Positions 29,648 through 40,115 of a stretch of DNA of 64,000 bases are shown piece after piece. Made by a program: the position numbers and the translations under genes. The stretch comes from Candidatus Bipolaricaulota bacterium. Lineage in GTDB: Bacteria > Bipolaricaulota > Bipolaricaulia > UBA7950 > UBA9294. Below the pieces are notes generated by a model. That model did not search any database, was not told the DNA's origin, and was given only the letters and a program-made list of their open reading frames with translations. The stretch lies in NCBI GenBank assembly GCA_026390345.1, contig JAPLGD010000089.1, forward strand, positions 28,088-92,087, read 5' to 3'. Position 1 is the stretch's first letter. Every line of letters starts with the position of its first letter.

Positions 29648-30913
29648 TCAAAGCGTCGTTCCGATTGTCTCTTCCGGTCGTGGACCGTACGAGACGATTC
29701 CCACCCGAATCTCAAGCTTCTTCTCGATCAGCCGCACGTAGTTCGCCGCCGCCTTGGGAAGCGACTCGACCGACGTGGGATTCCCCAGCGCCTCCCGCCA
29801 GCCGCGCACGGCCTCATACACCGGCTCACAGCGCGCCAGCCGCTCTCCCGAAAGCGGATACCGCTCCGCGCTCCGCCCGCCGATACGGTACTCGGTGCAG
29901 ACGCGGATCTCATCCAACTCGTTCAGGACGTCGAGCTTCGTCAGCGCGATCTCGGTGATTCCGTTCAGCGTCGCGGCGTAGCGCAACGCCACGAGGTCAA
30001 GCCACCCGCACCGGCGCGGACGGCCGGTCGTCGTTCCGTACTCCCCGCCGCGCTCCCGAAGGCCCGCTCCGACTGGATTCTCGAGCTCCGTCGGGAACGG
30101 ACCCTCGCCCACCCTGGTCAGGTACGCCTTCGCGACGCCCACCCGCCGGTCGATCGACGGAAGCGGGATGCCGAGGGACGGTCCGATCCCGCCGAACGTC
30201 GTCGTCGACGACGTCACGAACGGGTAGGTTCCGAAGTCGACGTCGAGGAGCGTCCCTTGCGCACCCTCGAAGAGAACCCGCTTCCCTTTCCGCAGGGCTT
30301 CGTCCACCACCGGGGACACGTCGCAGATCCCTTCGCGAAGCTCCTTCCCGGCCGCGAGCAGGAGCTCAGCCAATGCTCCGGCGGAGTACGCCTGCATCTC
30401 TTCGCTCGCCGGCCACTCGCGCTTCAAGAGGTCAAGACGCCACGCAATCCGGCTTCGCAGGGTCTCCGGATCGAGGAGGTCCCCGGCGCGCACTCCGACG
30501 TGGGCCACCTTGTCGCGATACGCCGGAGCGATTCCGCGCCGCGTCGTTCCAAACCGGGCGCCGCTCCCCTCGAGCTCCTCCAAGGTACGGTGGTACGGAA
30601 GGATAAGGTGTGCGTTCTCGGCGAGGAGCACCCGAGGCGTCTCGCCGATGTGGTCGGCCACGGCGCGGATCTCCTTCGAGAGGAGCTCAATGTCGACGAC
30701 CATTCCTGCTGCCAGAACGGAGGTCACGCCGGGGTAGAACGCACCGGCCGGGATCAGATGCGTGCCAAACTTGACTCCGCGATCGATCAGCGTGTGCCCG
30801 GCGTTGGGTCCGCCGTTGAAGCGGACGACCATGTCCGCCTCGCGCGCCAACAGATGCGTAATCTTGCCCTTGCCCTCATCGCCCCACTGCAGTCCGAGAA
30901 CCGCCGTCGACAT
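29648..30913 (-). CDS. purA: Adenylosuccinate synthetase
   Basis: QWGDEGKGK P-loop, GPNAGHT and the full 421-aa PurA architecture. Confidence 0.95.
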   Translation of the reverse strand: MSTAVLGLQWGDEGKGKITHLLAREADMVVRFNGGPNAGHTLIDRGVKFGTHLIPAGAFYPGVTSVLAAGMVVDIELLSKEIRAVADHIGETPRVLLAENAHLILPYHRTLEELEGSGARFGTTRRGIAPAYRDKVAHVGVRAGDLLDPETLRSRIAWRLDLLKREWPASEEMQAYSAGALAELLLAAGKELREGICDVSPVVDEALRKGKRVLFEGAQGTLLDVDFGTYPFVTSSTTTFGGIGPSLGIPLPSIDRRVGVAKAYLTRVGEGPFPTELENPVGAGLRERGGEYGTTTGRPRRCGWLDLVALRYAATLNGITEIALTKLDVLNELDEIRVCTEYRIGGRSAERYPLSGERLARCEPVYEAVRGWREALGNPTSVESLPKAAANYVRLIEKKLEIRVGIVSYGPRPEETIGTTL

Positions 30914-30922
30914 CCTGCCCTC

Positions 30923-33900
30923 CTACGCGTCCTGCATTCGAGTCAATCCGATCGCGACGCGGCGTCCCTCATCCAGCTCGATCGTCTGGCTGTACTCGTG
31001 CTTCCCCTTCATGTCGTGCTTCACGCTCACGGCGAGGACTTCGGCCGCGATCTCCTCTTCGTGTTGCGCGAGGATGGCACCGAGCGCGTCATCCGTCTCG
31101 TACGCGAGGCGGATGCGGTCCGTGACATCGAACCCTGCGTCCTTGCGCGCCACCTGGATACGATGCACGACCTCGCGGAACAACCCCTGCCGACGCAGGT
31201 CCTCGTCGATCCGGGTATCCAAAAGAAGGCGGTCCGACCCCGTCTCCGCCTGCACGTACCCCTCGGACAGGGACACGGTGTACGTCACGTCCTCGGGGCG
31301 GATTTCCACGGTCTCGCCGCCGATCGCGACTGTGACCGATCCCGTCGCCAGGGCGTTTCGGAGCGCCGACGCGCTCTGCCCCTTGATCCACGCCGCGGCC
31401 TTCGGCCCCGACGCTCCCAGCCTCGGTCCAATCGACCGGAAGTTCGGCGCCGCGGCTTCGGTCAGGTAAGCCCCGAGATCCTTCACGACGTCGACCCGTC
31501 GCACGTTCAGCTCCCGCTCGATCAGCTCCTGAACCTCGGCGCGGAGCGCGACGTCGCCCGGCGACGCAATCACGACATGGGCGAGGGGCTGCCGCACCTT
31601 GACCTGAGCCTGATTCCGCGCCTGGTGACCCAAGGCCGCGATGGAGCGGGCCAGCTGCATCTCGCTCTCGAGCGCGGAATCGACGGAGTCCTCGTCGACC
31701 GCGGGGTACGCACACAGGTGGACGCTCTCGGGGTCGCCGCCCGCCCGAAGCGGTTGGTAGACGGCCTCGGCGAGGAACGGGACGAACGGAGCAAGAAGCC
31801 TCGACAGGACGAGGAGCGCCTCACGCAGCGTCCCGTACGCCGCCGCTTTGTCCTCCCCCATCCCTCCGCGCCAGAACCGCCGGCGCGACAAGCGGACGTA
31901 CCAGTTTGAAAGGTCGTCGACGAACGCCTCGAGGGCCGCCGCCGCAGAGACGACGTCGTACGCGTCCAGCGCCGTCACGACGTCTCGGGTCGCCGTCTGG
32001 AGGCGCGACCGGATCCAGCGATCAAGGATTGAGAACGAGGCTTCTCTCGCCGGGTGCACGTCGGGGTCGTAGCCGTCAATCGTCGCGTAGAGCGCGAAGA
32101 AGTCGTACGTGTTCCGCACGGTGTCGAGGAACTTGTAGAGCGGCTCCTGAACGGCAGCCTCGCCGATCCGCTTCGACTTCCACGGAGCGCTCGAGGAGAA
32201 GAGGTACCAGCGGATGCAGTCCGCGCCGAACCGGTCGATGTAGGTCCACGGGTCGAGGACGTTGCCCTTGCTCTTCGACATCTTGAGGCCGTTCTCGTCG
32301 AGGCCGAGCCCGGTCGCCATGCAGTTCCGATACGGAGCCTCCCCGTGCAGGATCGTCGCCGTCGCGAGGAGGGTATAGAACCAGCCGCGGGTTTGCTCCA
32401 TCGCCTCGCAGATGAAATCGGCGGGGAAGCTGTCGCGGAACCGGTCCTCGTTCTCGAACGGGTAGTGCCACTGCGCGGTGTGCATGCTCCCCGAGTCGAA
32501 CCACGTGTCGATGACGTAGCGAACGCGTCGCGCCACCCCGCCGCACGCCTCGCAACGCAGCGTGATCGCGTCCACGTACGGGCGATGCAGCTCGACGGTT
32601 CGCGCTCGCTCCGGGTCGGTCGCCCGCGCGACCAAGTCGGCGCGGCTCTTCACGGCCGACACCGTTCCGCATTCCTCGCAGACCCACAGGTTGAGAGGCG
32701 TGCCCCAGTACCGGTCGCGGGAGAGCGCCCAATCCTTCAGGTTCTCGAGGAAGTCGCCCAACCGGCCCTCGCCGACATGCGACGGATACCAGGAGATGCC
32801 CTCATTCTCCTCGATCATTCGGTCCTTGAACTCGGTCGTGCGGATGTACCACGAGTCCATGGCGTAGTAGAGGAGCGGGGTGTCGCAGCGCCAGCAGAAC
32901 GGGTAGTCGTGCTCGTAGGGCATGCTCCGATAGAGAAGCCCCCGATTCTTCAGGTCCGCCACGACGACGGGGTCCGCGTCCTTGACGAACTGGCCGGCGC
33001 AGAGGGGAAACTCCTCGGTGAAGCGTCCGCCGAGGTCCACCGGCTGCACAAACGGAAGCCCCTCCTCCTGACCGAGTCGGTAGTCGTCTTCTCCGAACGC
33101 GCACGCGATGTGGACGATCCCCGTGCCGTCGTCCATGTTCACGAACCCGGCGGAGTAGACCTGATAGGCCGCAGCGTCGCTTGTCAGCCGGTATGGCGGC
33201 TCGTACAGCACACCGAGGAGGTCGCGCCCCGGCATCTCCCGCACGATGCGGGCGTCGCCGACGAGCGCCCGCTCCATAAGCGCCTTCGCGAGGACCAACC
33301 GCTCGCTGCCCTGTTCGACTTCGACGTATGCTTCATTCGCGGCCATCGCGAGCGCGACGTTCGCAGGCAGCGTCCACGGCGTCGTCGTCCAGGTCAGGAG
33401 GGACGTTCGCACGCCGCCGTCCAGCTTGTAGACCGAGGCCGCGTCCGAGACGATCGGCATTCGGAGGAACACGGACGGGTCTTCGACGACCTTGTACCCC
33501 TGAGCAACCTCGTGCGACGACAGCCCCGTGCCGCATCGCGGGCAGTACGGAAGCGTCTTGTGTCCCTGGTAAAGCAGCCCGCGCTCGAACATCGTTGCGA
33601 GCTCCCACCAGACGGACTCAATGTAGTCGTCCGTGTACGTGACGTACGCATTCTCGAGATCGATCCAGAACCCCATCCGCCGAATAAGCCGCTCCCATTC
33701 GGCCTTGTACCGCCACACGGATTCCTTGCACTTCTGGACGAACCGCTCGACTCCGTAGCTCTCGATCTCCGGCTTGCTGTTGACGCCGATCTCCTTCTCG
33801 ACCTCGAGCTCGACTGGAAGTCCGTGGGTGTCCCATCCCCCTTTGCGCACGACGTAGTGCCCCTGCATCGTCTTGTAGCGGGGGAAGAGGTCCTTGTAGA

Positions 33901-34087
33901 CGCGGGGCATCAGGTGCCCGAAGTGCGGGCGTCCGTTCGCCGTCGGCGGGCCCTCGTAGAACACGTACCGAGGTCCGTTCTCGGTTTGGCGTAGCGATTC
34001 GCCGAACGCGTCTGTCCGCTGCCAGAGCTCGAGAATCTCGAGCTCGCGGGCGACCGGATCCTTCTCCAGCTTCTCGTACCGCTTCAT
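30923..34087 (-). CDS. ileS: Isoleucyl-tRNA synthetase (long, type-2-like form, 1054 aa)
   Basis: HFGH (HIGH motif variant), KMSKS, CP1 editing domain and anticodon-binding regions. Start at Met12 of the listed ORF. Confidence 0.95.
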   Translation of the reverse strand: MKRYEKLEKDPVARELEILELWQRTDAFGESLRQTENGPRYVFYEGPPTANGRPHFGHLMPRVYKDLFPRYKTMQGHYVVRKGGWDTHGLPVELEVEKEIGVNSKPEIESYGVERFVQKCKESVWRYKAEWERLIRRMGFWIDLENAYVTYTDDYIESVWWELATMFERGLLYQGHKTLPYCPRCGTGLSSHEVAQGYKVVEDPSVFLRMPIVSDAASVYKLDGGVRTSLLTWTTTPWTLPANVALAMAANEAYVEVEQGSERLVLAKALMERALVGDARIVREMPGRDLLGVLYEPPYRLTSDAAAYQVYSAGFVNMDDGTGIVHIACAFGEDDYRLGQEEGLPFVQPVDLGGRFTEEFPLCAGQFVKDADPVVVADLKNRGLLYRSMPYEHDYPFCWRCDTPLLYYAMDSWYIRTTEFKDRMIEENEGISWYPSHVGEGRLGDFLENLKDWALSRDRYWGTPLNLWVCEECGTVSAVKSRADLVARATDPERARTVELHRPYVDAITLRCEACGGVARRVRYVIDTWFDSGSMHTAQWHYPFENEDRFRDSFPADFICEAMEQTRGWFYTLLATATILHGEAPYRNCMATGLGLDENGLKMSKSKGNVLDPWTYIDRFGADCIRWYLFSSSAPWKSKRIGEAAVQEPLYKFLDTVRNTYDFFALYATIDGYDPDVHPAREASFSILDRWIRSRLQTATRDVVTALDAYDVVSAAAALEAFVDDLSNWYVRLSRRRFWRGGMGEDKAAAYGTLREALLVLSRLLAPFVPFLAEAVYQPLRAGGDPESVHLCAYPAVDEDSVDSALESEMQLARSIAALGHQARNQAQVKVRQPLAHVVIASPGDVALRAEVQELIERELNVRRVDVVKDLGAYLTEAAAPNFRSIGPRLGASGPKAAAWIKGQSASALRNALATGSVTVAIGGETVEIRPEDVTYTVSLSEGYVQAETGSDRLLLDTRIDEDLRRQGLFREVVHRIQVARKDAGFDVTDRIRLAYETDDALGAILAQHEEEIAAEVLAVSVKHDMKGKHEYSQTIELDEGRRVAIGLTRMQDA

Positions 34088-34429
34088 GTCTCTCCTTACT
34101 CCAAAACCAGCAACATCCATCCCAAGCCACGCACACCCGAAAGCGACGAAAGACGAACCGAAGGGCGCCCCTTAGCGGGGCACAGGAATGTAGATCAGAA
34201 GAGGCATGTTGCGCTGTCGTTTCCGCACCATGGCACGATCACAGTGCATCATACGCTGCCCCCCGGCGTGGAGTCAACAACGCTTGTCCTGGACAGGTGG
34301 CCGCTCGTGCCCCCCTTCCGGTCCCGCCACGTCGAGGGACACGTGCGTCCTCGAGAGACCGGATGAGTGTCGGGCCTTCGCTGCCCAGGCGCCGTTGTGC
34401 CAGCCCCGTGCTCCGACCATGCTCGACCT

Positions 34430-35236
34430 ATGGACACCCGAGCCGTTCGTTTCGCCCGGCGGCGCCTCGTCCTTGCGCTCGCCGTCGTCGTGCTCACGGG
34501 GTGCACGGGCCGGGAGGAGCCGATCGCGGTGCTCACAGCGGCGGTCATCACCGGTGCCGCACCGCTTGAGATCGCCTTCGACCTGTCGTACTCAGTCTGT
34601 GGCGAGAACGGATCGGCGACGTACGAACTCGACTTCGGCGACGCCTCGGATTCGTCGGTGGGCTCCGACCTCGGCGTTGTCGTGCACCACACGTACGGCG
34701 CCGGAACCTACGACGCCGTGCTGATCCTGACGGATGCTCGCGGCCAGCAGGACTCGGACACCCTGACCATCACGGCGGACGCGAGCGGGCCTCCCGTCGG
34801 AACGTCGGTCGGGGACACGGCTCCCGACTTCACCGCCCACACGACGGGCGGCGGGTCACTGACCCTCTACGACCACCGCGGCGAGGTGATCCTCCTCGAC
34901 TTCTGGGGGGCGTGGTGCGCGCCGTGCCGGAAGAGCATGCCGCACCTCGACGCCCTGATTCGCGAATACGCCGACAACGGAGTCGTGGCGGTCGTTATCA
35001 GCACAGATGCCGCGGAGCAGACGTCGATCGACTTCCTCGAAGACGGCGGGTACGACGCGTTCCTCTCCGTCTGGGAACCCGGCGGCAAGAGCGGAAGCCC
35101 ACTCACCGAGCTGTACGGGTTGAACGGGACGGACGTTGGCATCCCGTGCACCTTCGTGATCGACCGCCAGGGGGTCATCCGCTACGTAGGCCACCCGCTC
35201 GACCTGACCGCCGAGATGCTCGAGGCCATCCTCTAG
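34430..35236 (+). CDS. Lipoprotein: N-terminal PKD/Ig-like beta-sandwich fused to a TlpA/ResA-like thioredoxin domain (WCAPC)
   Basis: LTGC lipobox. Beta-sandwich segment YELDFGDASDSS...YDAVLILTDARG. Thioredoxin fold with LDFWGAWCAPCR. Confidence 0.7.
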   Translation: MDTRAVRFARRRLVLALAVVVLTGCTGREEPIAVLTAAVITGAAPLEIAFDLSYSVCGENGSATYELDFGDASDSSVGSDLGVVVHHTYGAGTYDAVLILTDARGQQDSDTLTITADASGPPVGTSVGDTAPDFTAHTTGGGSLTLYDHRGEVILLDFWGAWCAPCRKSMPHLDALIREYADNGVVAVVISTDAAEQTSIDFLEDGGYDAFLSVWEPGGKSGSPLTELYGLNGTDVGIPCTFVIDRQGVIRYVGHPLDLTAEMLEAIL

Positions 35237-35401
35237 GTCTACCCATCGGAAGCCTGCCAACGCAGAGGTCGCGGAGAACGCAGAGACCGGCAAGTCCCAG
35301 CGCGGTGCGAGAAAGCCGACACGCTCTCTACCTGGATCGCCTCCGCGCCGCTCCGCGGTAAGACGCCTCAAGAGCTCCTAGAGCCACCCTGCGCTCGGCC
35401 G

Positions 35402-36832
35402 CTAGCGTCCCGCGTCTTCCTTCTCCCGACGGATGTCGTCGAGCGCCTCGCGATCGACGTGCGTAGGGTACTCGCCTGAGAAGCAGGCATCGCAGCACGA
35501 GATCTCCCCGTAAAGCGACCGGAGCGCGGAGAGCTCCTGATAGACGACGGCGTCGGCGCCGATCATGCGGCAGACGTCGTCGACGGTACGGTTCGCCGCA
35601 ATGATCTCTGCCGTCGTCGACATGTCGATCCCGTAGACACACGGCGAGACCACCGGCGGAGCGGCGCTGATCACGTAGACCTCCCGCGCCCCAGCACCCC
35701 GTAGGAGTTCGACCAACCGGCGCGACGTCGTCCCCCGGACGATCGAGTCGTCGACAACGGCCACCCTCCGCCCCTCGAGCACGCCACGGATCGGGTTCAG
35801 CTTCAACCCGACCATCCGACGGCGCTCCTCATCGGTCGGGAGGATGAAGCTCCGCCCAATGTGATGGTTCTTCGCCAGGCCGCGCCGGAAAGGAATCCCG
35901 AGCGCTTGCGCCATGCTCGAGGCGAACAGGAACCCCGACGCCGGGACGTCGATGACCACATCGGGACGGAGCCCCGCACGACGAACGACGTCGGCGAGCG
36001 CGCGCCCCATGCGTTCTCGCTCGGCCGCGACGACCCTCCCTTGCAGCACCGAATCCTCGCGGGCGAAGTAGATGTACTCAAACACGCAGAACGCCGGCTT
36101 CTCCCGAGGGCCCTGGTGCCGATGCACCGTCCCCGTAGCGTCAATGAAGACGGCCTCGCCCGCGCCGATGTCCCCCTCGACCCGGAACCCGAGGTAGTCG
36201 AGGCACGTCGTCTCCGACGCGATGGCGTACTCGGGCCCCTTCGGGGTTTGCCGAACCCCGAGGACCATCGGCCGGATCCCGTGCGGGTCGGAGAACGCTA
36301 GGAGGCCGCGCCCCGCGATCAGGCAGATCACCGCGTACGCGCCGTGGATCGCCCGCCGCGTGGCGTCGACACACGAGAAGAGGTCATCAAAGGTAAGGGC
36401 CCGGAGGTCTCGCTGCTCCAGTGCCGCGGCGAACGTGTACAGGATCAGGGCGACGTCGTTCGACGTGTCCACCAGACGGTGGTGCTCGGTGTAGAGGTTC
36501 TCGCGCACCTCGGCGAAGTTGACGACGTTGCCGTTGTGGACCATGGCGAGCCCGTACGGGTAGTTGACGTGCACCGGTTGGGCATCCTCGACGTCCGTCG
36601 ACCCCATCGTCGCGTAGCGGACGTGACCGAGGCCCCACGTCCCTCGCAGCCGTTCCTGATGACGGTCCTCAAAAACGCGGCTGACGAGCCCGCGGCCGAT
36701 CTTGACGTGGAACGAGCCGTCGAACGTGATGGCGCCGGCAGCATCCTGGCCTCGATGTTGCAGGGTCGTCAGGCCGAAGATCAGGTCGGCGGCCACCTCC
36801 GAGCGTCCCCAGATCCCTAGGACTCCGCACAT
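35402..36832 (-). CDS. purF: Amidophosphoribosyltransferase
   Basis: N-terminal MCGVLGIWG (Ntn Cys1) and a PRTase domain. Start at Met148 of the listed ORF; the long Arg-rich upstream extension is a high-GC artefact. Confidence 0.9.
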   Translation of the reverse strand: MCGVLGIWGRSEVAADLIFGLTTLQHRGQDAAGAITFDGSFHVKIGRGLVSRVFEDRHQERLRGTWGLGHVRYATMGSTDVEDAQPVHVNYPYGLAMVHNGNVVNFAEVRENLYTEHHRLVDTSNDVALILYTFAAALEQRDLRALTFDDLFSCVDATRRAIHGAYAVICLIAGRGLLAFSDPHGIRPMVLGVRQTPKGPEYAIASETTCLDYLGFRVEGDIGAGEAVFIDATGTVHRHQGPREKPAFCVFEYIYFAREDSVLQGRVVAAERERMGRALADVVRRAGLRPDVVIDVPASGFLFASSMAQALGIPFRRGLAKNHHIGRSFILPTDEERRRMVGLKLNPIRGVLEGRRVAVVDDSIVRGTTSRRLVELLRGAGAREVYVISAAPPVVSPCVYGIDMSTTAEIIAANRTVDDVCRMIGADAVVYQELSALRSLYGEISCCDACFSGEYPTHVDREALDDIRREKEDAGR

Positions 36833-37440
36833 GGTGTCCTCCCGCCAGCCGACGCGGTCCACAATCGGCCCTCGCTTTGGAACCACCTTCGCAGCGCTCG
36901 GCTGTAGAGGCCGTGTTCGACGGCGAGGCCGCGCCGCTTCACCTCGTCGAGCGTCGTCGCGCCTTGGAGCGACACCATCTCCTGCGCCAGCACGCGCCCC
37001 GTGTCGACCCTCTCGTCCACAAGGTGGACGGTGATCGTTGTCTCCGCCAGCCTGCGCTGGAACGCCCACCCGTAGCCGTCCATGCCCTGATACTCGGCCG
37101 TGTCCGCGGGGTGGATGTTGACGATCCGGCCTCGGTATCGGCCGATGACCGCCGGAGACAAGACGCGCATGAATCCCGCGAGAATGAGGGCGTCCACGCG
37201 CCACGGCTCGAGCGTCTCGAGAAGGCGCTGTCCGTACGCGTCGGCGTCCAGGCCGCGCGACGGCACGACGCACGTTGGGATCCCGGCGCGGCGTGCGATC
37301 TCGAGGCCCCCGGCCGTCGAACGGTTCGACACCACCACCACCACGTCACAGACGCCGGAGAGGCACCCGTCGCCGACCTCGGCGACGATCCGCTCGAGGT
37401 TCGACCCCCGGCCCGAGATCAAGACCGCTACGCTTCGCAT
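36817..37440 (-). CDS. purN: Phosphoribosylglycinamide formyltransferase
   Basis: AVLISGRGSNL...FMRVL...IVNIHP motifs. Overlaps the purF start. Confidence 0.85.
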   Translation of the reverse strand: MRSVAVLISGRGSNLERIVAEVGDGCLSGVCDVVVVVSNRSTAGGLEIARRAGIPTCVVPSRGLDADAYGQRLLETLEPWRVDALILAGFMRVLSPAVIGRYRGRIVNIHPADTAEYQGMDGYGWAFQRRLAETTITVHLVDERVDTGRVLAQEMVSLQGATTLDEVKRRGLAVEHGLYSRALRRWFQSEGRLWTASAGGRTPCAES

Positions 37441-38679
37441 CTAAAGCCTCCGCCCGATGTCTCGCCTTGCGTGCATCCCCGCGAAGCGGATCCGATCGAC
37501 ATTCCGGTACGCCCGGTCGATGGCCTCGTCCAGGCTGTCGGCACGGGCAACCACGTGCAGCACGCGCCCGCCGCTCGTGAGGAGCCGATCGCCGTCGCGT
37601 CGGGTCGCTCCGTGGAAGACCAGCACGTCAGGGTCGACGCTCTCGAGGCCCACGATCTCGCGGCCCGCCGTGAACGCTCCCGGGTAGCCCCCCGACGCCA
37701 GCACGACGTCCACGGCGAACCCGTCGCCTGCTGAAATCCCCATCCCGTCCCATGTCCCCTCACAGCACGCGTGCATCGCGTCGAGGAGATCGCCGCGAAG
37801 GAGCGGCAGGACGGCCTCGGCCTCCGGGTCGCCGAGCCGCGCGTTGTACTCCAGGACCTTCGGCCCTTCGTCCGTCACCATCAGCCCGAGGTAGAGGAAT
37901 CCGCAGTACTTGATCCCCTCCGACCGAAGCCCGGCGAGGGTCGGTTCGAGGATCGTTCGCCGGACAACGCCGAGGGCCTCAGCGCCGAGCGCCGGGACGG
38001 GTGCGAACGCTCCCATCCCTCCGGTGTTCGGTCCGCGGTCTCCGTCGTACACCGCCTTGTGGTCCTGCGCCGGGGGAAGGACGGCGTACGCGCGGCCGTC
38101 CGTCACACACAGCACCGAGACCTCCCAGCCGTCGAGGGGCTCCTCGACGAACACAGGCTCGTCCGCCGGGCGGGATCGCCGCATTTCATGCCACGCCTCT
38201 TGGGCACGGGCCGGCGAATCGCAGACGACGACTCCCTTCCCTGCCGCGAGCCCGTCCGCCTTCACGACGAGCCGGCCGCCCCAGCGATTCGCCGCGGCCT
38301 CGACCTCGGCGGTCGTCGCGACCTCCGCGTGCTCGGCGCACGGGATGCCGTGCCTCTCCATGAACCGCTTCGCCCACAGCTTCGAGCTTTCCACCCGCGC
38401 CGCCGCCGCCGTCGGGCCGAACGCAAGGGTTGAGGTCGTCGCAAGACGGTCCACGACCCCTGCGGCCAGCGGCTCTTCACCGCCGACAACCAGGAGATCG
38501 AGGCTCAGCCGCTCGCACGCTGCGGCGACCGCCTCCGCGTCGGTCGGACAGACCGCGACGTTCGGCGACGTCCCTCCGTTCCCGGGGAGGACGAACACGG
38601 ACTTGGCCCGGGCGCTCTGCGCCAGCTTCCACGCGAGCGCGTGCTCTCGTCCGCCGGAGCCGAGCACGCCGACGTTCAC
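37441..38679 (-). CDS. purD: Phosphoribosylamine-glycine ligase
   Basis: ATP-grasp with VNVGVLGSGGREHA start. The GTG start overlaps the purCE stop as GTGA. Confidence 0.9.
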   Translation of the reverse strand: MNVGVLGSGGREHALAWKLAQSARAKSVFVLPGNGGTSPNVAVCPTDAEAVAAACERLSLDLLVVGGEEPLAAGVVDRLATTSTLAFGPTAAAARVESSKLWAKRFMERHGIPCAEHAEVATTAEVEAAANRWGGRLVVKADGLAAGKGVVVCDSPARAQEAWHEMRRSRPADEPVFVEEPLDGWEVSVLCVTDGRAYAVLPPAQDHKAVYDGDRGPNTGGMGAFAPVPALGAEALGVVRRTILEPTLAGLRSEGIKYCGFLYLGLMVTDEGPKVLEYNARLGDPEAEAVLPLLRGDLLDAMHACCEGTWDGMGISAGDGFAVDVVLASGGYPGAFTAGREIVGLESVDPDVLVFHGATRRDGDRLLTSGGRVLHVVARADSLDEAIDRAYRNVDRIRFAGMHARRDIGRRL

Positions 38680-40106
38680 GACCCGACCTCCCCGCCGCCC
38701 GCCGAGCGCCCTTCGGCGCGACACGCCACGTCCGCCTCGTCGACCCGCTTCCGGTTTGCCTCGATCCCGCGGCGAAGCTCCTCTCGGACCCGCGGAAGCG
38801 CCAGGGCGCGCAGCGCCGCCTGCGCCGCGTTCTCCGCGCCAAGAACCGTGACCGCCGGCACGCGGGGCGGCATAAAGAGCGACGAGTTCAGGTGGAGCTT
38901 GGCCTCCGCACCATCCCGGAACGGCGGGCAGTTGATCACCGGAAGCGTGACGTTCGCCGCCAGCGCCCCGCCGAGGCCGTTTGACAGCCCTGCGACTGCG
39001 ATGATGGCTCCCGGCTCTCGCGCTTCGTCCAGTTCCGCCGCCAGGGACGCGACGCGGTCCGGCGTCCGGTGCGCTGACGCAACGCGGAGAAGCACGGCCA
39101 CTCCGTACGGGCGAAGCTCGGCGGCAATCCGCTCCGCGTGCTCGCGATCCTTCGGCGAGCCCATCACGATCGCCACGAACCCATCGCGCAGGAGGCCCGC
39201 GTCGACCAGTGCACGAAGGAGATCCCTATCTCCGCCGCCGCTCACCGAGCAGCCCTCGACGGCCGGCGTCTCTCCGGTGATCCGATCGCAGATCTCACGG
39301 TAACGCCGGGCTGTCTCCGAGATGACGTCGTCGGGAAGGGATGTTGGGCGCCGTCCCTTCGACTCTTCGGCGAGGAGCCACGCGCGGACGATCTCCTTGT
39401 CCCACCCTTCGACGCCCGCCGGGTTGCGGTCGTACTCCTCCGCGAGCCAGAACCGCGACGAGTCCGGCGTGTGCATCTCGTCGATCAGAACGACGCGATC
39501 GTCGATCAGCCCGAACTCGTACTTCGTGTCGACGAGGAGCACTCCCTTCTCGCGCAGGTAGCGGGACCCGTCGTCGAACAACGCGAGGCTCGCCTCCTCG
39601 AGGCGGCGGTAGACGTCGCGCGAGGCGATCCCGCGCTCGACGATCTCCTGCGGGGTGACGGGCTCGTCTCTTGCCGCCTTCGTCGTCGGGGTGACGATCG
39701 GCGCCGCGAGCCGCTCGTTCTTGGCCAACCCTTCCGGGAGCTTCACACCGGAGAGACTCCTCGCTCCCGCAGCGTACGCCCTCCACGCCGACCCGGTCAG
39801 GTAGGCGCGCACCACCATCTCCAGAAGGATCGGCCGAGCCTCCCGGACGAGCATCGCGCGCTCCCCGATCGTCCGGATCCAGTGGTGTGGGACCCGGTCG
39901 TGGGTTCGCTCGAACCAGAACGAGGCGAGCCGCGTGAGCGCGGCACCCTTGCCCGGAATGCAGCAGTCGAGGACGCGGTCGAACGCGGAGAGGCGGTCCG
40001 TGGCGACGATCAGCCGCGTCGTGGCATCGATGCGGAAGCTGTCGCGCACTTTCCCGCGATGAACGCACTCGAGCTGCGGCGTCGAGAAGCGGCTCACGGT
40101 CTGCAT
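38676..40106 (-). CDS. Bifunctional SAICAR synthetase (PurC, N-terminal) / AIR carboxylase-type PurE (C-terminal) fusion
   Basis: aa 1-~290 is PurC (HRGKVRDSF; ATDRLSAFD; IPGKGAALTRLASFWFE). aa ~300-476 is PurE (FVAIVMGSPKDREHAE...RVASAHRTPDR...IAVAGLSNGLGGALAANVTLPVINCPP). The SNGLG loop resembles class II PurE (as I recall it, human PAICS has RSNGLG) rather than class I (E. coli AGGAAHLPG). Confidence 0.85.
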   Translation of the reverse strand: MQTVSRFSTPQLECVHRGKVRDSFRIDATTRLIVATDRLSAFDRVLDCCIPGKGAALTRLASFWFERTHDRVPHHWIRTIGERAMLVREARPILLEMVVRAYLTGSAWRAYAAGARSLSGVKLPEGLAKNERLAAPIVTPTTKAARDEPVTPQEIVERGIASRDVYRRLEEASLALFDDGSRYLREKGVLLVDTKYEFGLIDDRVVLIDEMHTPDSSRFWLAEEYDRNPAGVEGWDKEIVRAWLLAEESKGRRPTSLPDDVISETARRYREICDRITGETPAVEGCSVSGGGDRDLLRALVDAGLLRDGFVAIVMGSPKDREHAERIAAELRPYGVAVLLRVASAHRTPDRVASLAAELDEAREPGAIIAVAGLSNGLGGALAANVTLPVINCPPFRDGAEAKLHLNSSLFMPPRVPAVTVLGAENAAQAALRALALPRVREELRRGIEANRKRVDEADVACRAEGRSAGGGEVGS

Positions 40107-40115
40107 CTCGTCCTC

